A model generated the notes under the pieces. The model did no database searches. It worked only from the letters and a program-made list of their open reading frames with translations, and was not told the origin of the DNA. From contig CAVTHK010000001.1 of assembly GCA_963734495.1 (NCBI GenBank), forward strand, positions 64,001 to 128,000: a stretch of DNA of 64,000 nt, read 5' to 3'. This stretch comes from an uncultured Spirochaetota bacterium. GTDB lineage: Bacteria > Spirochaetota > Spirochaetia > SZUA-6 > CAVTHK01. Positions 1 to 9,647 of this stretch are shown piece after piece. Position 1 is the first letter of the stretch; every line of letters begins with the position of its first letter. Both the position numbers and the translations under genes were made by a program.

Positions 1-1209
1 TCCAGGTTCTCACCCGGCCGAGCGTCCTCAAGGCGATCAAGGCCGGCGCCTTTACCGACCTCACGCCCTACCTCGGTGACTTCAGCAAGTACCCCAACCT
101 GGCCAAGCTGAACCCGACCGGCTGGAACTACAGCAAGGTCGAGGGCAAGAACTACCTCGTCCCGCGCACGCGCGGCAACCTCGACAGCGCCCTGTTCACC
201 CGCGGCGACTTCCTCAAGAAGCTCGGGATGCAGACGCCGACGACCATCGAGCAGTTCAGGGACTTCATGAAGAAGGTCGTCACCAGCGACCTCGACGGCA
301 ACGGCAAGATCGACACCATGGGCGTGTTCCCGAACGAGGGCTACTTCTCCGCCGGCCTGGGGCACCAAGGACCCCGGCCTTCACCAAGGACGGCACGGGC
401 ATCGTCCACAAGTTCCTGACCGACGGCCACGCGCAGTACATCGCCTACATGCGCGCAGCTCTACGCCGACGGCTCCGTCCCCAAGGAGTTCGCGCTCATC
501 AAGGGCACGCAGCAGGAGGAGCTCTTCCTCGCCGGCCGCGTCGCCACCTGGATCAAGAACGCCTGGCACAAGTACCGCGCCGAGCAGGAGGTGAAAAAGG
601 TCAATTCCGACGCCTCCGTGACGCTGCTCACGTACCTCGACGGCCCGAGCGGCTTCTCGCACATCTGGGACCTCGGCTACTTCGCGGGGCAGCTGCTCTC
701 GTCCAAGGACTCCAAGGCCGAGGTCGAAGGCATCCTCAAGTTCTTCAACGCGACCTCGGCCGAGAGCGAGTACAACTTTGTGAACTACGGCATGGAAGGC
801 GTGCACTACACGATCAAGGACGGGCTTCCCGTCGCTGACGGACAAGGGCAAGCAGGAGATCACCGCCTCCTTCAACGCGCCGTTCATCTATTGCACCGCA
901 GGAGTTCGCCAGAGGTCGACAGCCCGCTCGCGCCGATGTCGTACAACCTGCAGACCCGCGAGGAGATGAAGGTCCTCTACAAGAAGCCGAGCAAGGTCAA
1001 CCTCTACGACGTGCTGCAGTCCGACGGATGGACCGCCTTCTGGGGCCGCACCGCCAACGAGTTCGGCGCCAAGGAGGTCGAGGCCATCACCGGCAAGATC
1101 AGCATGGACGATTTCCGCGCCTATCAGCAGTCGCTGCCTCAAGGACCCCGACGTGCAGAAGTCGTTCGAGGAGTTCCGCAAGAGCTACAAGGACATCTTC
1201 GGCAAGTGA
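1..1209 (+). CDS. Carbohydrate ABC transporter extracellular solute-binding protein (LplA-like); 5'-partial, several apparent single-base indels
   Basis: Stitched frames read ...DFLKKLGMQTPTTIEQFRDFMKKVVTSDLDGNGKIDT...VNYGMEGVHYTIKDG...AITGKISMDDF...KSYKDIFGK*. Frame changes near 360, 375, 455, 841, 905 and 1138, several in short homopolymers. Confidence 0.85.
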
Positions 1210-1285
1210 TCGCCGACGGCCGGCCGGCCGGGCCAGATGCCCGGCCGCCTCTTCTGAAGCACCGGTCAAAAGGAGACGACGCCTC

Positions 1286-2589
1286 ATGATCATCAAGGAA
1301 GTGGCCGCGAGCCTCTACCCGTGGGACCTCGCGGACGAAGGGATCGAGGGCTGCGGCACGCACCCTCGCCGAGAGGGCCGGCGTCAACAGCATCTACCTC
1401 GTGGGCATCATGCACCACGAGAAGCGGCCGCTCACCAGCCTGTTCTACACCCACGACCCGAAGCGCAAGTGGTACGCGCCCGAGAACAGCCGCATCTACT
1501 ACCCGATGGACGCCAAGAACTTTGCCGACACGCCGCTCAAGCCCATGTACTCCGAGCGCGACTTCCTCAAGGGCAAGGACTGGCTCAAGGTACTCACCGA
1601 CTGGGGCCGCAAGCACGGGCTGAAGACCGGGGCGGAGATCTCGCACACGTTCTACGACACGGACGTGGCGAAAAAGGACCACCCCGACGTGCTGCAAAAG
1701 GACATCAACGGGAAGATCCTTGACGGGTTCTTCTGCCAGAACAACGAGAAGGTCCGCGCCTACATGCGGGCGATCTTCTACGACACCGTCAAGAACCACG
1801 ACATCGACTTTATCCAGACCTGCATGATGCTGTTCAGCCACGGGACGCCCGGTGGCAGCGCCGTGGTTCTTCGACACCTGGATGAAGACGAACGACCCGG
1901 CCAACCGCCTGGCAGCGCTGCTGGGAGCGGCCCGGGGCGGCTGCTTCTGCGACAACTGCAAGAAGAAAGCTGCCGCCATGGGCTACGACTGGAAGGAGAT
2001 CGTCAAGGACATGACGGCCCTGGAGCAGCTCGCCAACGCCACCGCGTACCGCAACCAGGACCTGTCGATGGATAACGCCCTTCTCATGGGCTCCAACCTC
2101 ATGGAGAGCGGACTGATGCTGGAGTTCCCGGGCCTCTACCAGTTCCTGCAGTTCCGGGCGCGCACCATCACCGAGGCCTTCAAGGGGATCTACGAAGGGG
2201 TCAAGGCTGCCAACCCGAAGGTCGACCTCCGCTACAACAACTATCTGCGCTACCCCGAGCTCGCGGGCCTGGAGTTCAGGCTGGTAGCGCCCTACCTGGA
2301 CTCGGTGCGCGACTCGGACTACACGGAGCAGCTGCGCGCCCCGGACGACTTTGTCTACAAGCGCAACACGCTGATGAAGATCCGCCGAGGCATCGGGTTC
2401 GACAAGGCGCTGATCGCGGCCCTGGCTGTGCGGCCCAACGCCACCCCGGAGCTGCTGATCCGCTCGCTCGCCATCCTCGCGGAGCTGGGGCTGGACGGCA
2501 TCTCGCTGGGTCACTACGACGGCTCGCACATGGAGCACCTCGACGCGATCAAGCAGGGGATGAAGCAGGCCAACATCGTCGTGGCGTGA
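1286..2589 (+). CDS. Uncharacterised TIM-barrel glycoside-hydrolase-like protein (YPWD/HHEKRP/GCFCDNC family); apparent indels near 1355-1370 and 1845
   Basis: RBS AAGGAG before ATG 1286. Three ORF pieces join into one protein colinear with the intact paralog at 3700-4995. Confidence 0.75.
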
Positions 2590-2621
2590 GCAGCACTCCA
2601 GGCACCCCACCGAAATTGCAC

Positions 2622-2662
2622 CGGAACGGGTCGGGGCGGGTTTGCCGCCCCGACCCGTTCCG
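2622..2662. terminator. Perfect 18-bp inverted repeat (stem-loop); probable terminator or mRNA stabiliser
   Basis: CGGAACGGGTCGGGGCGG - GTTTG - CCGCCCCGACCCGTTCCG, 32 nt after the stop at 2589. No long U-tract. Confidence 0.65.
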
Positions 2663-2767
2663 TGGGTTCAGGTTACGGCCACCTCGAAGTCGGCGCGCCG
2701 GCGCCCACCGTGCGCTTGAAGTTGACCGTTTCAAATCAGTATTTTCGCGCAGCGGGGAGGCTTCAAT

Positions 2768-3544
2768 ATGAAATCTGGATTCAGGTTATCGCTGTCGTTG
2801 TCCCTGGCAGCAGGCGTGTTCTCGGCCCTTTCGGGCTGCGCGCTGATGGCTTATGCGGCAACGAACTCGGCCAACTCACAGAACAACCCCAACTCGCAGG
2901 GACAGTCGTCTCAGGCGCAAGGCACGGCCATGGCGTACCAGTACCAGTTCAACGCCGTCTATACCTCGGTCTGGAACCTGGGGTGGTTCGGCTACGGGGA
3001 GGCCGACTACTCGCCCGGGCAGGGCACTGTCTGGCACGTGACGAGCGCCGCCACGGGCTCCACGCAGCCGGTGACGGTCGAGCGGGCGTACCTGAGGCTC
3101 AACAGCGACGAGACTCAGTGGTGGCGGCTCGCCCTCCGAGGCGAGAAGGGCACGCAGGGCGAGCTGGCCTACGAGTTCCTCGTGGGCACGGACGGCGTCG
3201 TGCAGAAAGTCCGCTACAAGGACCCGATCTCGGGAACGATCGGCGAGTTCGTCCCGGCCAGGAATGACCAGCCGAGCGCCGTCGCGTCCCCGGTCACCCG
3301 CGCGCAGGTCGAGAGCTCGTTCGTCGGCAAGGATACGGTCAAGGTCCCGGCCGGAAGCTTTACGGCGGACCACAGCCGCTTTACGGATCCGGCCAGCGGC
3401 CACAGGAACGAGAGCTGGGTCAACAAGACCGTCCCGGGCGACCTCGTCAAGTTCGTTGACACCAACCCCATGGCGAACAACACGTCGAACGGCGAGCTGG
3501 TGCAGATTGAAAAGGACGTGAAGACGGCGCTCAAATCGTACTGA
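2768..3544 (+). CDS. Hypothetical lipoprotein, beta-rich
   Basis: RBS GGAGG, hydrophobic leader ending LSGC (lipobox-like), N/Q/S-rich linker, C-terminal KDTVKVPAGSF motif, coding-like codon bias. Confidence 0.7.
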   Translation: MKSGFRLSLSLSLAAGVFSALSGCALMAYAATNSANSQNNPNSQGQSSQAQGTAMAYQYQFNAVYTSVWNLGWFGYGEADYSPGQGTVWHVTSAATGSTQPVTVERAYLRLNSDETQWWRLALRGEKGTQGELAYEFLVGTDGVVQKVRYKDPISGTIGEFVPARNDQPSAVASPVTRAQVESSFVGKDTVKVPAGSFTADHSRFTDPASGHRNESWVNKTVPGDLVKFVDTNPMANNTSNGELVQIEKDVKTALKSY

Positions 3545-3699
3545 GGCGGCTCTTTCTCACTGCGTCGGCGATTCGGTCGCGAGCCCTTCTGGACCAGGCG
3601 GCCTCCTCCGACTACACTGGCCCCCCCGCGTGACGCAGGCGGCCCTGCGCGTGCAGGGCCGCGCCAGGGGGCACAGCGATCGGGAACAGGAGGCCTGAG

Positions 3700-4995
3700 T
3701 TGAAGTACTGGAGAGAGCTGACCACGGGGATCTACCCCTGGGACATGCACGACGAGGGGATCGAGACGATCCTCGACAACCTGCAGCAGCACGCGGGCAA
3801 CAACGCAGCCTACATGCTCGGGGTGATGCACCACGAGAAGCGGCCGCTGCACGACAACTACTATCACCACAACCCCGCGCGCAAGCGCTACCTCGTCGAG
3901 GACAGCCGCGCGTACTGGAAACCGGATCCTTCCAGGTACAAGGGCTCGCGCATCAAGCCGCGGACCAGCGACCGGGACTTTCTGAAAGGCACCGACTGGC
4001 TGGACCTCTTCTGCAAGGCCCTGCGCAAGCGCGGAATGAAGCCCGGCGTCGAGATCAGCCACACGCCCCTGGACAAGGAGCGGGCGGCCGGCGAGTTCTC
4101 CGACTGCATCCAGCGCGACATTTACGGAAACCTGCTGCGCCCCCTGGTTCCCGGGCAGAGCAACACGCACACCGGGCAGCTCCTCTGCTGGAACTCACCC
4201 GACGCCCGCGCCTACGTGTCCGCGCTCATGGTGGACCTCGCGAGCAACTACGACGTGGAGATGATCCAGGCCTGCACCTACCTCTACTACGACGGCCTCC
4301 CGAGCCTGCACCCGCTGCTGGGAGTGACGCTCGGGGGCTGTTTCTGCGACAACTGCGCGCGCGAGGCAAAGAAGCAGGGGCTGGACTGGGAGGCGATCAG
4401 GCGAGTGGTCACGCGCTACGCCGACATCGTGATGCGAAAGAGCCTGGAGGACAACGAGGACTACATGCTCATCCAGCGCTCCGACGCCTCCGAGGTCATG
4501 TTCCTCATCGAGAACCCCGAGCTCTACCAGTGGCTCAAGTTCCGCTGCGAGTCGACCACCCGCTACTTCAAGGAGATCTCCGAGGCCGTGCACGCGGCCA
4601 ACCCGAAGATCGACCTGCGCTACAACACCTGCTGGCCGCGGCCCGACCACGTCGGGCAGGACTTTACCCAGTCGGCACGCTACCTCGACTCGATCCGGCT
4701 CATGGACTACGCCGAGCAGAGCGGCGACGAGCAGCGGGTGCGCAACAAGTACAAGTGGCTGTCCAACATCCGCCGGCAGGTGGGGGAGGACAAGCCGCTG
4801 ATCGCCGCGATAGCCCCGCGCGCCAAGGCCACGCCCGAGCTCATCAAGATCGGGATCAAGACCGTGTCCCTCGCCGGATGCGACGGGCTGTCGTTCGGAT
4901 TCTACGACGGGGCGACCATCGAGCGCCTCCGCGCCATCAAGGACGGGATGGCCGAGGCCGAGGTGGCCGTGGGCCCGCCGCCGCGACGCCAGTAG
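3700..4995 (+). CDS. Uncharacterised TIM-barrel glycoside-hydrolase-like protein (paralog of 1286-2589)
   Basis: RBS AGGAGG plus TTG start; 431 aa; motifs YPWD, MHHEKRP, EISHT, LCWNSP, IQAC, GGCFCDNC, DLRYN, YDG. Confidence 0.8.
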   Translation: MKYWRELTTGIYPWDMHDEGIETILDNLQQHAGNNAAYMLGVMHHEKRPLHDNYYHHNPARKRYLVEDSRAYWKPDPSRYKGSRIKPRTSDRDFLKGTDWLDLFCKALRKRGMKPGVEISHTPLDKERAAGEFSDCIQRDIYGNLLRPLVPGQSNTHTGQLLCWNSPDARAYVSALMVDLASNYDVEMIQACTYLYYDGLPSLHPLLGVTLGGCFCDNCAREAKKQGLDWEAIRRVVTRYADIVMRKSLEDNEDYMLIQRSDASEVMFLIENPELYQWLKFRCESTTRYFKEISEAVHAANPKIDLRYNTCWPRPDHVGQDFTQSARYLDSIRLMDYAEQSGDEQRVRNKYKWLSNIRRQVGEDKPLIAAIAPRAKATPELIKIGIKTVSLAGCDGLSFGFYDGATIERLRAIKDGMAEAEVAVGPPPRRQ

Positions 4996-5477
4996 GCGCC
5001 GCCGCGCCCGCGCGGACGGCCGCAAGGGCTTCCTCCAGGCGGGCGACGGAGCGTTTGAGCCCGCGCCTGGCGACGACGTCGGCCCAGCCGATCTCCGGCC
5101 GCACGATCCGGAAAGGAACGGCCGTCGGCCGACCGTCGCCCCCAGGCGCGGGTCCGCCGCACTTCGCCACGAAGTCCCGCAGGGACTCGCGCAGCGCGCG
5201 GTCCGGCGCCAGCGGCCCCAGCGACGCCACCAGCGACAGGGCGCTCTCGCGCGGGAGCGTGCCATCCCGTTGGCCCCCCGACCGTACTTGAGTTATCTTG
5301 TTCCTCGGCAAATAATAGGAAAGTGGCAAAGCCGCCGTGCGCCGCCGCCTGCCGTAACCACGTTTCCGCTCGCCTTCACCGCGGTCACGGCCGCCGCGCG
5401 CCCCTGAAATCCGCTTCGCCCGCGGGTAGCCTTGAAGCAGGCGCCGCAGTAGATCTGCCACGCCTTGGAGGTGACCG

Positions 5478-6650
5478 ATGAGAGCCCGAGCCCTGCTCAA
5501 GACCGCCCTGGCCGCGGCGGCGGCGCTCGCAGCCGCGGGCTGCGCCCTCACGACCGCGTCCACGACGCAGATGCCGGCCTTTATGCCGCCGGGCAAGCCG
5601 CCCGTGGTGTACGACGCACCACTTCCCCCGCTCGATCTGGCCGGGCTCCAGCCCGACGAGCAGGAGGGAGTGACGATCTACTACCAGTACACGCGCGCCG
5701 TGGTGAACGTCACCGCGTACGTGGCCGAGCGCAAGCTGCTGGGCGGCGAGCGCGTCAACGAGGGCACCGGCTCCGGCTCGATCATGGACCAGAAGGGCCA
5801 CGTGCTCACCAACTTCCACGTGGTGCGGGGCGCCGCGGCGCTCTTCGTCACCCTGTACGACGGAAGCGCCTACCCGGCCCAGGTGGTCGGCGTGGACGTG
5901 GAGAACGACCTCGCCGTGATCCACTTCGAGCCGGCGGGACGCAAGCTCACGCAGATCAAGCTCGGAAGCGGCCGGGTGATCGTCGGCCAGCGCGTCTATG
6001 CCCTCGGCAACCCCTTTGGCCTGGAGCACACGCTGACCACCGGCATCGTCTCGGCGATCGGCAGGCCCCTGCCCACGGAGCAGGGCTTCCTGATGAAGGA
6101 CCTCATCCAGACCGACGCGGCCATCAACCCCGGCAACTCGGGCGGGCCGCTGTTGAACTCCAGCGGGGAGATGATCGGCATCAACACGATGATCATCTCC
6201 CCGGCCGGCGGCTCGGTCGGCATCGGCTTCGCCGTGCCGATCTCCACGGCGCTGCGCGTGGTGCCCGACCTGCTGCAGTACGGCCGCGTGGTGCGGGGAT
6301 GGATCGACATCATCCCCGTGCCGATCTTCCCGATGATCGAGCGCCTCGGCGGCCTCCCTGTGAGCCAGGGCATCATCGTCTCCGAGGTCAAGGCCGGGAG
6401 CCCGGCGGCGGCCGCGGGCCTGCGGGGCGGCAACCGCGCCGTCTCTCTCGGCTTCTGGAGCCACACCATCTACGTCGGCGGCGACATCATCCTCGAGATC
6501 TCGGGCAACCCGGTCACGAACATCAGCGAGTACCTGGGCGCGCTGGAGGAGACCAAGCCCGGGTCGACGCTGACGCTCACCGTCCTGCGGGGGAATGACA
6601 AGGTGAAGGTGGACGTGCGGCTCAGCGAGCGGCCCACGCCGACGAGCTGA
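5478..6650 (+). CDS. HtrA/DegS-family trypsin-like serine protease with one PDZ domain, probable lipoprotein
   Basis: TNFHVV (His), DLAVI (Asp), QTDAAINPGNSGGPL (Ser); C-terminal PDZ (GSPAAAAGL...GDII); leader ending AAGC. Confidence 0.93.
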   Translation: MRARALLKTALAAAAALAAAGCALTTASTTQMPAFMPPGKPPVVYDAPLPPLDLAGLQPDEQEGVTIYYQYTRAVVNVTAYVAERKLLGGERVNEGTGSGSIMDQKGHVLTNFHVVRGAAALFVTLYDGSAYPAQVVGVDVENDLAVIHFEPAGRKLTQIKLGSGRVIVGQRVYALGNPFGLEHTLTTGIVSAIGRPLPTEQGFLMKDLIQTDAAINPGNSGGPLLNSSGEMIGINTMIISPAGGSVGIGFAVPISTALRVVPDLLQYGRVVRGWIDIIPVPIFPMIERLGGLPVSQGIIVSEVKAGSPAAAAGLRGGNRAVSLGFWSHTIYVGGDIILEISGNPVTNISEYLGALEETKPGSTLTLTVLRGNDKVKVDVRLSERPTPTS

Positions 6651-6689
6651 TCGCGCGTCCGCCGGCGACGGCTCGCAGCGCGGGAGCCC

Positions 6690-7538
6690 ATGCACTACGA
6701 TCCGACCTTCTACAAGGGCAGCGCGCGATTCTACGCGCGGGGTCGTCCGCCCTACTCCCGCGATCTTCCGACGACGCTCGCACGCGCCGTGCCCCTCGAC
6801 GGCCGCGGGCGGCTCCTCGATGTCGGCACCGGCCCGGGCGTGCTCGCTATCATGCTGGCGCCGTCGTTCGAGAGAGTGCTGGCCGCTGACCCCGATGACG
6901 ACATGCTCGCCGAAGGCCGGCAACGGGCTCGCGCGGCGGGAATCGGAAACATCGAATGGGTCCGCAGGCGCGCCGAGGAGCTCGACGACCTCGCGCCCGG
7001 CACGTTCCGTCTGGCGACCTTCGGCCAGTCGTTTCAGTGGACCGAACGCGAACGTGTCGCGGAGACCGTCTACGACCTGCTCGAGCCCCGGGGTGCGATC
7101 GGGTTGATTTCCCACGCCGTCAAAGGACGTCCCATCCCCGAAGGACCCGGCGAGCCGCCGATCCCCCATGCCGCCATCCGCGCCCTCATCGAGCGCTTTC
7201 TGGGCCCGAGGCGCCGCGCGGGGCAGGGTTTCGCGGCAGCGCCGCTCGACCGCTACGAGGATGCGCTGGCGCGCACGCGGTTCGGCGAGCCGGAGCTCTT
7301 CTACGCCCCCGGCCGCCCCGATCTCGTGCAGGACATCGACGGCGTGATCGCGAACACCCTGTCCATGTCGTACTGCGCGCCGCACCTGTTCGGCGACCGG
7401 CTCGCGGAGTTCGAGGCAGAGATGCGTCGCGAGCTCGCGGCCCGCAGCGCGAGCGGCCTGTTCTGGGACTGGCCAGGCGACACGGAGGTCCTTCTCGCGC
7501 GTCGCATCGACGCCTCCGGCGCGCGGCTCAAGCCGTGA
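6690..7538 (+). CDS. Class I SAM-dependent methyltransferase
   Basis: LLDVGTGPG motif I; GRPPY and QSFQW motifs typical of Methyltransf_11/25 proteins. Confidence 0.88.
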   Translation: MHYDPTFYKGSARFYARGRPPYSRDLPTTLARAVPLDGRGRLLDVGTGPGVLAIMLAPSFERVLAADPDDDMLAEGRQRARAAGIGNIEWVRRRAEELDDLAPGTFRLATFGQSFQWTERERVAETVYDLLEPRGAIGLISHAVKGRPIPEGPGEPPIPHAAIRALIERFLGPRRRAGQGFAAAPLDRYEDALARTRFGEPELFYAPGRPDLVQDIDGVIANTLSMSYCAPHLFGDRLAEFEAEMRRELAARSASGLFWDWPGDTEVLLARRIDASGARLKP

Positions 7539-8187
7539 AGCAGGAAAGCAGATCCGCCGGCCGTTCGATCGTGACGGCTGCGCCGGTCCGCTCCAGCTCG
7601 TCGCGCGGACGGAAACCCCACAGGACGCCGACCGTGTACATACCTGCGGCATGGCCCGTAAGCATGTCGGCGTCGCTGTCTCCGGCGTAGAGGACATCGG
7701 AAGCCGGCACGCGCCACGCCCGCGCGATCTGCAGGGCCGCCTCCGGATCCGGCTTGTGCGGCCGGCCCTCGCGCGATCCGATGACGGGATCGAAAGGCCA
7801 GGCGGAGAAGAACCGCGCGGCGATGAGCCTGGTGAAACGATCCGGCTTGTTGGATAGAATGCCCAGGCGCACGCCCCTGATTGCCAGTCCTTCGAGCATC
7901 TCGGCGATCCCCGGGTACGGCCGGCTCGCGTCCGCCCAGTGCGCCTCGTACTCCGCCTGCATCTCGCCCATCAGCCGCTCGACGAGACCGCTGTCCTCCC
8001 GCCGGTTCTCCGGCAGAACCCGCTGCGCCAGCAGCCTCACCCCGTTGCCGATGAACCTTCGATAGGCATCGACCGGGTGAGCCGGGAAGCCGTTGCGCCG
8101 CAGCGCCCGGTTCATGGAGTCGGCGACATCCTGCAGCGAGTCCAGAAGCGTCCCGTCCAGGTCGAAGATCGCGCCGGAGTAAATCAT
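7528..8187 (-). CDS. HAD-family hydrolase (phosphoglycolate phosphatase-like)
   Basis: IFDLDGTLLDS, LSNK, KPDP and GDSDADM motifs. Start reassigned to ATG 8187. Confidence 0.9.
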   Translation of the reverse strand: MIYSGAIFDLDGTLLDSLQDVADSMNRALRRNGFPAHPVDAYRRFIGNGVRLLAQRVLPENRREDSGLVERLMGEMQAEYEAHWADASRPYPGIAEMLEGLAIRGVRLGILSNKPDRFTRLIAARFFSAWPFDPVIGSREGRPHKPDPEAALQIARAWRVPASDVLYAGDSDADMLTGHAAGMYTVGVLWGFRPRDELERTGAAVTIERPADLLSCFTA

Positions 8188-8327
8188 CGATCGGGAGCAT
8201 ACCGCGTCACCCGGCCGACGCGCCACAGGTCGGGGCGCCTCGCGAGCGGAGGGTAGCAGCCGCCGGCTCGTCCGCAACCCGCTTGACTCGCTCGCGATCA
8301 CGCATCAAAGTAAGGCAGCTGGTGCGA

Positions 8328-8933
8328 ATGGGCAACAACGATATCGTAGCGGGATTCGACGACGAGGCAGATGACAGGCTCGCGATCCGCCTGGAGAAGG
8401 TGGACGGCGTAGACGCCTGCCTGCTTATCTACCTCGACGGCAACGTCGACACGTACAATGCCAACACCTTTCTCAAGCGCGTCCGCAAGGCTATCGAGAC
8501 CGGGTACACCAAACTGATCCTCCACTGCGCCGGCCTCGGCGTCGTGTCATCGGACATCTTCGGCTGCTTCGCGGACTTCCTCAAGAAGGTCAAGCCCAAG
8601 GGCGGCGACCTCGTCCTGCTGCAGATCCAGCCCAAGGTCTACGAGGTCTTTCAACTGCTGGGCCTGTCGCGCTTCTACAACATCAGGGACACTCTCGATG
8701 AAGCGGTGGCCTTCTTCAAGGGCGGTGCCGGAGCAACGGACGGGGCACCGCCCCGAGCCACGGGCGGACCCGCGAAACCGGCGGCCTCCGGGAAGGCGGG
8801 GACCGTCCCCAAAGTCTTCACCTGTCCCGTCTGCGAAACCAGGTTGAAGGCGTCGGGTCCCGGACGATTCCGGTGCTCCAGCTGCAAGACAGTGCTCGTC
8901 CTCGACCAGGACGGCCGGGTCGCCCGGGCATAG
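8328..8933 (+). CDS. Anti-sigma factor antagonist (STAS domain) with C-terminal zinc ribbon
   Basis: LDGNVDTYN...VSS...KGGDLVLLQIQPKVYEVFQLLGL STAS pattern; CPVC and CSSC pairs after an Ala/Gly/Pro linker. Confidence 0.85.
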   Translation: MGNNDIVAGFDDEADDRLAIRLEKVDGVDACLLIYLDGNVDTYNANTFLKRVRKAIETGYTKLILHCAGLGVVSSDIFGCFADFLKKVKPKGGDLVLLQIQPKVYEVFQLLGLSRFYNIRDTLDEAVAFFKGGAGATDGAPPRATGGPAKPAASGKAGTVPKVFTCPVCETRLKASGPGRFRCSSCKTVLVLDQDGRVARA

Positions 8934-8989
8934 TCCGGGCGCGCTCCGCCGCGCCCGGTCCGGCGGGAGCGGCGCGAGCTGCGGCCTCC

Positions 8990-9577
8990 GTGACCCGCCT
9001 CGATCGCGACGCGTTCAACCAGCCTACCTTGCGAGCAGCGCAGAGCCTCCTCGGCAAATTCCTCGTGCGCGCTGTCCGCGGCAGGCAGATCTCCGCGATG
9101 ATCGCCGAAGTGGAAGCGTACAAAGGGCCGGCCGACAGGGCATCGCACGCCTGGGGAGGGCGGAGGACGCCGCGAACGGAGGTGCTCTACACCGAAGCAG
9201 GCAGGGCGTACATCTACCTGGCTTACGGCATCCACTGGCTGCTGAACCTGACCACGGGCGAGCGAGGCAGGCCCGAATGCGTCCTGATCAGGGCCGCCGT
9301 CGCGGAGCAGGAGGGGAGGAAGATCATTCTCAAGGGACCCGGCCTGTTGACCAGGCACCTGAAGATCGACGGGAAGCTGCGCGGCGTCGATGTCACGGGA
9401 TCGCGCGAGCTGTGGGTCGAGGACCGGGGGATACTCATCCGCGCTCGCGACGTGAGGAAAGGGCCGCGCGTCGGCATCGACTACGCGGGAGCCTGGTGGT
9501 CGTCGCGACCGTGGCGATACTGGATCGACGGAACGCCCGGCCTGCGTCGAAGCTCACCCGGGCGCGAGACGCGTTGA
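8990..9577 (+). CDS. mpg: DNA-3-methyladenine glycosylase (MPG/AAG family)
   Basis: LLGK...EVEAYKGPADRASHA...AYIYLAYGIHWLLN...VLIRA...GPG...PRVGI...PWRY. Confidence 0.92.
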   Translation: MTRLDRDAFNQPTLRAAQSLLGKFLVRAVRGRQISAMIAEVEAYKGPADRASHAWGGRRTPRTEVLYTEAGRAYIYLAYGIHWLLNLTTGERGRPECVLIRAAVAEQEGRKIILKGPGLLTRHLKIDGKLRGVDVTGSRELWVEDRGILIRARDVRKGPRVGIDYAGAWWSSRPWRYWIDGTPGLRRSSPGRETR

Positions 9578-9647
9578 CCGCGGGGAAGCCGGCCGGGCGC
9601 GGCCGGGCGGCCCGAGAGCCGTGCAGCCGCGCCGCGAACGCCTTCTC

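Noticed and set aside
340..1860. Programmed ribosomal frameshifting or phase variation in the SBP and first YPWD gene
   Set aside because: There are too many shifts, no slippery heptamers or long repeat tracts, and the pattern fits sequencing indels.
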